A stretch of DNA of 64,000 bases from an uncultured delta proteobacterium (GTDB taxonomy: Bacteria > Myxococcota > UBA727 > VGSZ01), in NCBI GenBank assembly GCA_963775425.1, contig CAVZJB010000002.1, positions 95,824 through 159,823 of the forward strand, read 5' to 3'. Made by a program: the position numbers and the translations under genes. Within the stretch, counting starts at the first letter, position 1; each line of letters starts with the position of its first letter. Below, piece by piece: positions 43,940 to 53,300 of this stretch. Under the pieces are notes generated by a model. That model saw nothing but the letters and a program-made list of their open reading frames with translations. It did no database searches and was not told where the DNA came from.

Positions 43940-44791
43940 TCAGCGCGGGTCTTCGGTCCAGGCGAGCTCGTTCAAGAACTCTTCCTTCGTGACGAGGCCG
44001 CGGCGGGCGAGGATGCGCATGAGGGCCCAGAACTTCTTCTCGAGCGCTTCGAGCGCCTCGAGGTCGGCGGTCTTCGGCGCCGCGGGGGACGGCGGCGACG
44101 AGCCCGGGGCCTGCGGGTCAGGGGCCTCGGCGGAGATGGGCGGCATCGAGAAGGTGCCCGTGGGCAAGCCCGCGTAGGCGTCGCCGGCGGCGGGCGGCGG
44201 CGCGCCCGTCGGCGGCGGCGCGTGCTTGGGCTCCAAGGCGGCGCCGACGACGACGGGGCCGCTGACCTCCTCGGTGAGGTTGAGCACCGGAGGGCCCGCG
44301 GGCGCGGCGCGCGCGGCGGTCTCGAATTGCAGCGGCGAGATCTCGACGCTCTTGCCCTGGTAGTGCTTCTGCAGGGCCTGATCGAGGCTCGAGATCTGCG
44401 CGATGGCCGGCTTGACGATGCAGCCGGTGGTGAACGCGATCTCGTCGATGGCGGTCATGTTCAGCGGGTCCGCCATCGCGAGCAGCAGGATGGGGCGCCC
44501 CTTGGCCTCCTTCACCGCGATGGGGAACACGTCGTACTGCTCGCAGACCCGCTCGGAGACGAGCTTGATGGCCTTGTCGTCGGGAGGCACCTTGGCGAGG
44601 TCCACCATCGGGATGCCGAGGAACTCGGAGAGCACCCGCGTGAGCGTGCCCTCGGCGATGAAGCCCTTCGTCACCAGCGCGGCGCCGAGCCGGATGCCCC
44701 ACTGCCGCTGGTGCGCGAGCGCGGCGTTGAGCTGTGGCACGTCTATGAGGTGCCGCTCGAGCAGCAACTCACCCAAACGCTTCCTCGCCAC
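43940..44791 (-). CDS. MshEN/T2SSE_N domain protein (putative c-di-GMP receptor)
   Basis: RLGELLLERHLIDVPQLNAALAHQ...RLGAALVTKGFI and LAMADPLN. C-terminal LMRILARRGLVTKEEF. There is no ATPase domain. GAGGAGG RBS before GTG 44791. Confidence 0.85.
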   Translation of the reverse strand: MARKRLGELLLERHLIDVPQLNAALAHQRQWGIRLGAALVTKGFIAEGTLTRVLSEFLGIPMVDLAKVPPDDKAIKLVSERVCEQYDVFPIAVKEAKGRPILLLAMADPLNMTAIDEIAFTTGCIVKPAIAQISSLDQALQKHYQGKSVEISPLQFETAARAAPAGPPVLNLTEEVSGPVVVGAALEPKHAPPPTGAPPPAAGDAYAGLPTGTFSMPPISAEAPDPQAPGSSPPSPAAPKTADLEALEALEKKFWALMRILARRGLVTKEEFLNELAWTEDPR

Positions 44792-44925
44792 GCTCACCTC
44801 CTCGCGCGCCACCGGGGCCTCCGGGGTTATCGCCGTCCTGTAGGCGAAGGTGCGATATCGGCGGGCGGCGCGCGCGAAAGCGGATCAGTTGCGCCAGAAA
44901 CCGCCGCGGCGGCTACGTTGGCGTC

Positions 44926-45435
44926 ATGCGGGACGGCCTCGACGACGTCGAGCTGCGCAGCGCCACCGTCGACGACGCCGTCGGGATCGCGCACGTCTAC
45001 GTCGAGACCTGGCGCGCGACCTACCCCGGCATGGTCCCCGAAAAGACGCTGTCGCGGCTGTCGGTCTCGACGCTGACGGAGGTGTGGAAGAAGGGCATCA
45101 CCGAGGGCGAGACCGTGATGGTCGCGTCGTCGGGCGCGCGCGTCGTCGGCTTCAGCTCGGCGGGCCGCGAGCGCTTCCTCAATCCCTTCTTTCGCTGCGA
45201 GGTCTTCACCCTCTACGTGTCCCCGGCGGCGCAAGGGCACGGCATCGGCTCCATGTTGCTCCTCGAGATGCTGCGCCGGCTGCACGGGCCCGTCGTGGTC
45301 TGGGTGCTCGCGGACAACGCCGGCGCCCGCCGCTTCTACGAGGCCCTCGGCGGCGTCCCGGTGCGCCGGCGCAGGGAGCGCGTCGGCGGCGCCTGGCTCG
45401 AGGAGGTCGCCTACGCCTACTTCGACGTCGGGTGA
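44926..45435 (+). CDS. GNAT family N-acetyltransferase
   Basis: LYVSPAAQGHGIGSML, VWVLADNAGARRFYEALG. Confidence 0.9.
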   Translation: MRDGLDDVELRSATVDDAVGIAHVYVETWRATYPGMVPEKTLSRLSVSTLTEVWKKGITEGETVMVASSGARVVGFSSAGRERFLNPFFRCEVFTLYVSPAAQGHGIGSMLLLEMLRRLHGPVVVWVLADNAGARRFYEALGGVPVRRRRERVGGAWLEEVAYAYFDVG

Positions 45436-45470
45436 GCCGCGCCACGGCGCGTGGCGGCACTGTCACTTCT

Positions 45471-46043
45471 CTAGCGGCGCAGGCGGTGGAGCAGGGTGCG
45501 GGCGCTCACGACGAACAGGAGGAGCGCGGCCGCGGCGACGAGGAGCGCGACGGTCCAAAACACCATCGAGAGCGCGGCCGCGCCGGCGCAGACGCCGTCC
45601 TCCGCGAGCGAATGCGCGGGGGCGCTCGTCCCCGCCGTGGCCGCGGACGACGCCGCGCGCACGCCGGTCCGGGCCACGTGCACCGCGAGCGCCACGCCGC
45701 CGCCGACGATGATCGCGAGGAGCGCCACCACCCACACCGGCATCTCGACGACGGCGGCGGCGAACACCAGCATGCCCGCCACCGTGCGCACGGGAGTGGC
45801 GAGCACGTCGAGCAGGTGGTGGATGAGCGGCACCTTGTCCGCCAGCAGCTCGAACGCGACGCCGACGCCGAGGGCGAGCAGCGCCGGCGCCCCCGCGATC
45901 CACGCGAAGTGCTCGCCGACGTCGACGAAGCCGAGCCGCGCCGCCACGCCGAGCATGAACAGCGGGAGAAACGCGCGCAGGCCGCAGCTCGCGGCGAGCG
46001 CGACGCCGAGGACGACGGAGGCGAGGACGGTGACGACTTCCAT
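45471..46043 (-). CDS. DUF4126-like membrane protein
   Basis: LGVALAASCGLRAFLPL, ELLADKVP...LD and SLAED. Confidence 0.8.
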   Translation of the reverse strand: MEVVTVLASVVLGVALAASCGLRAFLPLFMLGVAARLGFVDVGEHFAWIAGAPALLALGVGVAFELLADKVPLIHHLLDVLATPVRTVAGMLVFAAAVVEMPVWVVALLAIIVGGGVALAVHVARTGVRAASSAATAGTSAPAHSLAEDGVCAGAAALSMVFWTVALLVAAAALLLFVVSARTLLHRLRR

Positions 46044-46129
46044 GCCCCGAGTCTAGCGGCGCCACGCCGCGCGCGCCGGCCCGCCGTGTGACGCCGGTTC
46101 AGCGCGCGGCCGCTCCCTCCGGTCGCTGA

Positions 46130-47368
46130 TCAGACGGCAGCGTCGAGCGCCGCGCGGGTGTCCTTCAGCAGATCGTGCCAGCTCTCGATGCCGACCGAGA
46201 GGCGCACCATGCCGTCGCCGATGCCGGCGCGGTCGAGCTGCGCGTCGGACATCTCCGAGTGCGTCGTGGTGCGTGGGTGGCACGCGAGGCTCTCGACGCC
46301 GCCGAGGCTCACCGCGTTGCGCGCGATGGTCAAAGAGCGCAGGAACGTGAACGCCGCCGGGCGGCCGCCCTTGAGCTCGAGGGTGACGACGGCGCCGGGG
46401 TAGTCGCACTGCGCGTCACGGATGCGCACCTGCTCGGGGTCATCGAAGAGCGAGGGGTAGCGGACGCGCGCCACCGCGGGGTGATCGACGAGCGCCTCGG
46501 CGATGCGTTGGGCGTTCTTGCTCTGCTTGTTCATCCTGAGCGGCACGGTCACGAGCTGCCCGTTGAGCATCCAGCACTCGTCGGGCTGCAGGATGTTGCC
46601 GAGCACCGCGCGCGTCCCGCGAAGCTGCGTGACGAGGTCGACGTCCTCGGCGAGGACCACGCCCGCCAGCAGGTCGGAGAAGCCCGAGATGTACTTGGTG
46701 GCCGAGTACACGACGAGGTCCGCGCCCAGCGGCAGCGGGTGCTGGAACACCGGCCCGAGGAAGGTGTTGTCGACGACGACGAGCGGCTTGTCGGCGCGGG
46801 CGGCGGCGGCCTTGGCGGCGGCGGCGATGTCGCTCATGCGCAGCGTCGGGTTGGCCGGCGTCTCCACGAAGACGAGCTTGAGGTCCTTGGTCTCCGCGAT
46901 GGCGCGCTCGAGGCCCGCCGTGTCGCCAGCGTCGACGGCGACGGCGTGCACGCCGAGGGGCGCGAGCATGGCATCGAGGAAGAGCTGCGTGCCGCCGTAC
47001 AGGGGCGTCGTGTGCACCACGGCGCTGCCCGGCGGACAGAAGGTCAAAAACACCGACGAGATGGCGGCCATGCCGGAGTTGAACACCGCGGCTTCGACGG
47101 CGCCGGGCTCGAGCGGCACGATCTGGTCCTCGAGGATCTGCGCGTTCGGGTGCGAGATGCGCGAGTAGATCAGGTCGACGCTCTCTCCCGGCGCCGGCTT
47201 GGCCTTCCCGAGCGCGATCTCGAACGCGCGCGCCGCCGACTCCGGGCTCGAAAACACGTACGTCGAGCTGCGGAACACTGCGGGCCGCGCGGAGCCCACG
47301 GAGAGGCTCGGGTCGAAGCCGCGGGTGAGCACGGCCGTCTCGGGGCGAACGATGTACTTGCGCGTCAT
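46130..47368 (-). CDS. Cys/Met metabolism PLP enzyme (cystathionine gamma-synthase / methionine gamma-lyase family)
   Basis: YSRISHPN, FNSGMAAI, ETPANPT, VVDNTF, YSATKY (PLP Lys), AVSLGGVESL and RLSVGIE. Confidence 0.93.
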   Translation of the reverse strand: MTRKYIVRPETAVLTRGFDPSLSVGSARPAVFRSSTYVFSSPESAARAFEIALGKAKPAPGESVDLIYSRISHPNAQILEDQIVPLEPGAVEAAVFNSGMAAISSVFLTFCPPGSAVVHTTPLYGGTQLFLDAMLAPLGVHAVAVDAGDTAGLERAIAETKDLKLVFVETPANPTLRMSDIAAAAKAAAARADKPLVVVDNTFLGPVFQHPLPLGADLVVYSATKYISGFSDLLAGVVLAEDVDLVTQLRGTRAVLGNILQPDECWMLNGQLVTVPLRMNKQSKNAQRIAEALVDHPAVARVRYPSLFDDPEQVRIRDAQCDYPGAVVTLELKGGRPAAFTFLRSLTIARNAVSLGGVESLACHPRTTTHSEMSDAQLDRAGIGDGMVRLSVGIESWHDLLKDTRAALDAAV

Positions 47369-47415
47369 GACGCGCGGACCGTAGCAGGTCGCGATGAACG
47401 CGCTAGCGTCACGTC

Positions 47416-48159
47416 GTGGCCAGCCTCTTCGACAGCGATCGCTTCAACCGCGCGATGTTCTTTCCCCGGCCGGACACCTCTGCCGCGCCCGCCGGCGCCG
47501 CCGACCATGCCGTCGACGTCGGCGGCGCCGCGCTCCACCTCCGCTGGCACGCCGCGCCCGACACGCGGGCCGCGGTGTTGCTGTTCCACGGCAACGGCGA
47601 GGTGGTCGCCGACTATGACGGCTTCGCGCCGCTGTTTCGCGACGCGGGCGCGGAGCTCGCCGTCGTCGACTACCGCGGCTACGGCAGGAGCACGGGCACG
47701 CCCACGCTCCGCGCGGCGCTCGCCGACGCCCACGCCGTCTTCGCCTTCGCGGCCGCGCGCGCGGGCAAGCCGCTCATCGTCATGGGCCGCTCGCTCGGGT
47801 CCGCGTGCGCGGCGGAGCTGTATGGGTCGGTGGCGGCCGCGGGCGTCATCTTCGAGAGCGGCTTCACCGACTTGAAGAACCTCGTCCGCCGCCGCGGGAT
47901 GCAGCCCCCGGACGCCTTCGACGACGACGACGCTCGCGTGTTCGACCCGTTGCCGAAGCTCGCGCGGGGCAGCCTCCCCCTGTGCGTCATCCATGGTGAA
48001 CAAGACACCATCATCCCCGTCGCCGACGGGCGCCGCGCGTTCGAGAGCGCCGGCGCCGCCGTGAAGCGCTTCGTCGGCGTCGCCGGCCGCGGCCACAACG
48101 ACGTGTCCTTCGCGCCCGCGTACTGGGACGGCGTGCGCTGGCTCATCGACGCCGCCTGA
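47416..48159 (+). CDS. Alpha/beta hydrolase
   Basis: FHGNGE, DYRGYGRSTG, GRSLG (nucleophile), IHGEQD and GHND. Confidence 0.9.
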   Translation: MASLFDSDRFNRAMFFPRPDTSAAPAGAADHAVDVGGAALHLRWHAAPDTRAAVLLFHGNGEVVADYDGFAPLFRDAGAELAVVDYRGYGRSTGTPTLRAALADAHAVFAFAAARAGKPLIVMGRSLGSACAAELYGSVAAAGVIFESGFTDLKNLVRRRGMQPPDAFDDDDARVFDPLPKLARGSLPLCVIHGEQDTIIPVADGRRAFESAGAAVKRFVGVAGRGHNDVSFAPAYWDGVRWLIDAA

Positions 48160-48300
48160 AAAACCGCGTCGTCGTCGACAACGACCCGCCCTCCCGGTCC
48201 GACGATGGGTCGAGGGTCGTCCGGCCGGTGTGCGACCGACCGACGCCCGCCCCGGGCATGTGCGCGCACACGGCGCCGAAACTCTCTCGGGGAGACAACC

Positions 48301-50187
48301 ATGCTCGACGGCGTTTCGAACCAGATCGATCAGACCAAGCGGCAGCGCGCCCTCGACGCGCAGAGCGTCGACAAGGGCGGCGAGGCGCCTGTCGCGGCGC
48401 CCGCGTCGCCGCCGGCGGTGGCGCGCACGCCCGCGTCGCCGGCGGCGCAGAAGGCCGCGCGCGACGCGCAGGCGCAGCGGGAGCGCGCGGCTGCGGCGCG
48501 CGTGCCGGGCGCCGACCCGGTCGCGTCGCGGCCGATCCCCAAGCTCGACCCGAACAAGCCCGTCATGATCGTGGCGACGCAGTCGGGCGGCGCCGAGAGC
48601 GACAGCATCGTGAAGTCCACCGACGCGTATATGAAGAAGCAGGCGCAGGACAACGGCTTTCAGGTCGTGAACGCGTCGAACCTCTCGGGCGACGCCCTGA
48701 AGAAGTACGTGGCGGCGGTGGCGCGCGCGAACCCCAAGGCGTTCGCCGGCAAGAACACGGTGCTCTTCACCGGTGGCCACGGCGACATCATGACCAACGA
48801 CAAGGGCCAGGACCGCCACCAGATCGCGGCCAGCGAGGCCGATCACCGGGCCCGGCAGGTGGAGACCGTGCGCGACATCGTGAAGCCGGTGTTCGACGGC
48901 ATCAAGGACGCCACCGGCGCCGAGCAGAAGGTGTCGGCGTTCGTGTCGTCGTGCCGCTCGGGCGAGGCCGCGCAGGACGTCAAGGAGGTGTTCGGCGACG
49001 ACAACCACGTCGGCCTCGTGGCGTCGAGCACGCGTGACCAGAACAGCTTCGGCCCGGGAGAGCAGGGCATCGAGCAGGCCGCCATCGCGTTCGCGAAGAC
49101 GATGGCGAGGTCGTCCAAGGACCGCGCGTCGGCGGACGCCAACCACGACGGCAAGCTCACCATCGGGGAATTCGCCAAGCACTGGAACACCAGCCACGGG
49201 GGGCTCGGCTTCGTCGACCCGGGCGAGGAGCCGAGCCCGAGGCAGCCGCTGGTGAAGCGCCAGCAGAAGCTCGTCGTCGGCGGCAACCCCGACCTCACGC
49301 TCGTGCCCAGGGACGCCGGCGCCGACCACGACACCTCCTCCGACGGCTTGAAGGACGCGACGCACGCGGGACCGCTCCAGCGCGATGGGCTCGACGCCGC
49401 GGCCAAGCGGATGCAGAAGGAGATCCAGGGCGAGATGGGCTTCCGCCCGCGCATCGCCCGCGGCTTCAAGACCGTCGAGGAGACGGGCTCCGACGGCAAG
49501 AAGAAGGACCTGCCCGACGGCTCCACGGCGTTCATCCAGGAGGGCGGGACCGTCACCGAGACGCAGCACCCCGACGGCTCCTTCGACGTCAAATTGCCCC
49601 ACGGCGACTCCGTCCACTTCGATCCGGACGGCAAGCGCACCGAGCGCTACACGCGCGGGCCCATCGCCGAGCGCGTCGTGGACCCGAAGACCGGGCACAG
49701 GGAGATCGGCTACAGGGACGGCACCCGTGAGGTGCGCGAGGCCGACGGCTCCGGGTACCTGGAGAAGCACGGCAACAAGACGGCGCTGCCCGTGAAGGCG
49801 TGGCCGGGGACGGCGCCGGCGCAGCTGCCGAGCCCGGCGCCGCCGGACGGGGAGCCGAAGGTCTCGATGGGAAAGCACGGCGAGGAGATCGCCCGCTACG
49901 ACGACGGCACCACGGTGACGACCGCCCGCGACGGGAGCCAGGCCATCGCCTACCCGGACTCGAGCCCGCTGTCTCGCTCCGCGATCGACGAAAAGACCGG
50001 CAAAGAGACGCTCGAATTCCGCGACGGCCCGATCAAGAGCCTTCAGCGGCCCCTCGACGGCGCGCCCGGCACGACGACGACGACCTACCGCGACGGCACC
50101 CGCGAGGTGCGCACCCCGGACGGCCGCGGGTACTTCGTGCTCGCCGGCGGCCACCGCGTGACGCTCCCGATCGGCCGCCGCCACTGA
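48301..50187 (+). CDS. Hypothetical protein with clan CD (caspase/legumain-like) His-Cys motifs and C-terminal xxYxDG hairpin repeats
   Basis: VLFTGGHG, FVSSCRSG, LVASS..DQNS and ADANHDGKLTIGEF, followed by repeats YRDGTREVR, YDDGT and YPDS. No signal peptide. Confidence 0.6.
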   Translation: MLDGVSNQIDQTKRQRALDAQSVDKGGEAPVAAPASPPAVARTPASPAAQKAARDAQAQRERAAAARVPGADPVASRPIPKLDPNKPVMIVATQSGGAESDSIVKSTDAYMKKQAQDNGFQVVNASNLSGDALKKYVAAVARANPKAFAGKNTVLFTGGHGDIMTNDKGQDRHQIAASEADHRARQVETVRDIVKPVFDGIKDATGAEQKVSAFVSSCRSGEAAQDVKEVFGDDNHVGLVASSTRDQNSFGPGEQGIEQAAIAFAKTMARSSKDRASADANHDGKLTIGEFAKHWNTSHGGLGFVDPGEEPSPRQPLVKRQQKLVVGGNPDLTLVPRDAGADHDTSSDGLKDATHAGPLQRDGLDAAAKRMQKEIQGEMGFRPRIARGFKTVEETGSDGKKKDLPDGSTAFIQEGGTVTETQHPDGSFDVKLPHGDSVHFDPDGKRTERYTRGPIAERVVDPKTGHREIGYRDGTREVREADGSGYLEKHGNKTALPVKAWPGTAPAQLPSPAPPDGEPKVSMGKHGEEIARYDDGTTVTTARDGSQAIAYPDSSPLSRSAIDEKTGKETLEFRDGPIKSLQRPLDGAPGTTTTTYRDGTREVRTPDGRGYFVLAGGHRVTLPIGRRH

Positions 50188-50388
50188 CGCCGCCGGTCCG
50201 AAAAAGCGAATCGACGCGCTGATCTACCCGCGGAAATCCTCCCGCACCGGGAGTAGGACTGCTCAGGCGCCCGCGGTCGAATTGAGAAAAAGCGGACAAT
50301 GCGCGGAGCAAGGTTGAATTCCTCTCCGGGTTCCGAGGATGGTGCGCGAGCCACTTTGCAAAGGCTCGCTCGGAGCTGGGGAGATGAC

Positions 50389-53300
50389 ATGCTGAGATTC
50401 ACATGGCTGGGCGGCGTCAGCGCCGCGGTATTCACGACGATCGTTGGTTGCGCGCCCGCGTCCCTCGACGCTGACGCGCCCGGGACCGCCGCTCGCGCCA
50501 CGCTCAGCGCCACACTCGTCGTATCGCTCGACCAGACGAGCATCAACGAGGGCCAGGGCGACGTCATGCACGCCACCCAGGTGTGCGCCGACGCGCCCAC
50601 CGACGTGACCGCCACCGTGGACTGGGCGGACCCGGACGACCTCACACCCACCGCCGCCACCATCACGCCCACCATCGCGCTCGGCGGCGCCTGCCTCGGC
50701 GACGGCTTCATCGTCTGCGATCCCGCCGCCGAGCGCCTCGGCGCCGGCGGCAACGACGACGGCGTGTGCGACCCCGGCGAGACCTGCATGGTCTGCGACT
50801 TCGCCAAGCCGGCCGGCTACGCCGACAACCTCCCCGCCGACGCCTCCCGCACGGTGACCGTCACCTTCCAGCAGGGCGCCGCGAGCAGCGTCTCGCAGGG
50901 CGTGCCCCTCACCGTCCACAACGTCGCGCCCTCCATCATCGGCACCGCGTCGAGCGGTCAGCTCGCCGAGGGCGTCACCCGCACCTACTCGTCCACGGTG
51001 AACGATCCCGGCCTGCGCGCCGACGAGATCGAGAGCGTCGACTACGCCTTCACCAGCGGCGGCGCGCTCGCGCCGGACGGCGACATCCGCCACGACACCG
51101 GGCTGCTGCTCGCCGAGCAGATCCACTGCGACTGCGCGTCGAACGTCTGCTCCGAGGAGCCCGCCGACCTCCCGATCCCCGGCCTCGTCAGCGCGCACTG
51201 CCAGATCCCCGGCGCCGCCAACACCGACGACGACGTCCTCGCCTCGCTGCTCGACGATGACGGCAACCCGCTCAACTTCTCCGTGACCATCACCGATCAC
51301 GACGGCGCCACCGCCACCGACGCGTCGCTCAACGCCAACGTCGTGAACGTCCCGCCGCAGAACGTCCGCATCCCCTTGCTCTCCGTGAGCTCCGGCACGC
51401 CCACCGTCGTCGACGAGGGCTCCCTCGTCAATCTCTCGCTGACCTTCACCGAGCAGGGCAGCGACGACCTCGACATCGCCTATGACGTCGACACGCTGGC
51501 GGCCAACGCGGCCAACTTCAGCCCGGCGGACATCACCGGCACCGCGGCCATCACCAAGGCCTCCTACCCGGACTTCGATCCGGCCGGCGACACCACGCCG
51601 GTGCTCAACAACGGCTTCATCGACACCCCCGGGACCACGCAGTTCATCGACGACAGCGCGGGCATCCGCGCTCTCAAGACGCGCTTCGACAACCCCACCG
51701 GCACCACCCCGCTCGACCTCAAGGTCGCCGTGCGCGTCAACGACGACGACCTCGGCACCAACACGCAGAACCACTTCGTCCACGTCGTCGACGTCAACCC
51801 CGGCTGCGGCCTCACCGTCAGCACCCCCGGCCCCATCAACGAGGGTGACATCGTCACCTACACCGCCGTCGCCACCAGCGGCGCCCAGGACCCCGTGTTC
51901 GACCCGGTCAACGCCACAGGCTTCCGCTGGAGCCTCGACACCGACGACATCACCGGCTCCCCCGGCGACGGCCTCGGCTTCACCGTGGTCTCCGGCTGCG
52001 TCGGCACCGCCGACGCCGCTCCCGCGGCCTCCGACGCCACGGCCACCGCCACCTGCGTCATCCAGTACCTCGACGCAGACGTGTCCCGCGTCCACGGGAT
52101 GATCGCCACCTGCGGTGACGAGGACAGCACCAGCAACTCGCCCGAGCGCGACGTCGCGGTCAACAACGTCAAGCCCGTCATCGACGCCACCACCACCATC
52201 ACCGCCGGACCGCAGAACGAGACCACGCTGGCGGCCGCCGACAACGTCACCGTCACCGCGTCGTTCACCGACCCCGCCGGCGCCCTCGACGGCAGCTACA
52301 CCACCACGGTCGTGTGGGGCGACGGCACCGCGGACAGCACGGCGAGCACCGCCGCGCCCGGCACCTCCATCGTCCTCGGCCACCACTACCACGACAACTC
52401 GAGCTGCGACGGAGGGACCAACGGCGCCCTCACCAACACGTGCAGCGTGACGGTCACCACCTGCGAGGCGGACACGTCGCTGTGCAGCGCGCCGTTCCCG
52501 CTCAGCATCGTCATCGCCAACGTGCCCCCGACGCCGTCGGTCGACAGCTCGCCCACGCTCAACCAGCTCCTCGTCGAGGGTGTGCCCGTGAGCCTCGACG
52601 GATCCTTCGACGATCCGGCCGCGGACCTCGATGAGCAGTACGCCATCGACTGGAGCTGGAACGACTTCGGCACCACGCGCCACAGCACCCCGTCGCCGGC
52701 GGACTTCGTGGACCGCGCCACGGGCCCGGACGTCTCGGGCGGCCTGCTCTTCACGCAGGTGCCGGCCGGCACCACCAACGCCGTGCCCGTCACGCTCGTG
52801 GTCACCGACAACGACCTCGGCAGCGGCTCGGTCTCGCGCAACGTGAGCGTGCGCGACGACGTCCCCGTGGTCAGCATCGACTCGCTCGACTTCGCCAACG
52901 TCCGCGCCGGCGTCACCAACCGCAACGGCATCATCATCGCGGACGACGACGAGCTCGCCACGCCCACCATCCAGGTGACCGTCTCGCCGGAGACGCTGGA
53001 CGACCTCCTCACCCGGCTCGTGATCGACTGGGGTGACGGTACGCAGAGCACCCTCAACGCCGTCGCGAGCGGTGACATCCCCGCGCCCGACGAGTTCAAC
53101 GAGGAAGGCGACGTCATCACCATCGAGAAGCCCGCGCCGTACCCGGACTCCTCCGAGGGCCAGCCCAGCGGGCACTTCGTCATCACCGCCACCATCATCG
53201 ACGAGGAAGGCGTGGTGAACGCCGCCATCCCGGGCCGCAACCCGGTGGCCACGCAGAACGCCGTGGTGAACAACCTCGATCCCGAGATCGTGAGCATCAA

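Noticed and set aside
44926-45435. GNAT as a microviridin N-acetyltransferase (MdnD-like) for the TxKYPSD protein
   Set aside because: It is about 17 kb away, has a generic GNAT sequence and has no linked ATP-grasp or transporter genes.
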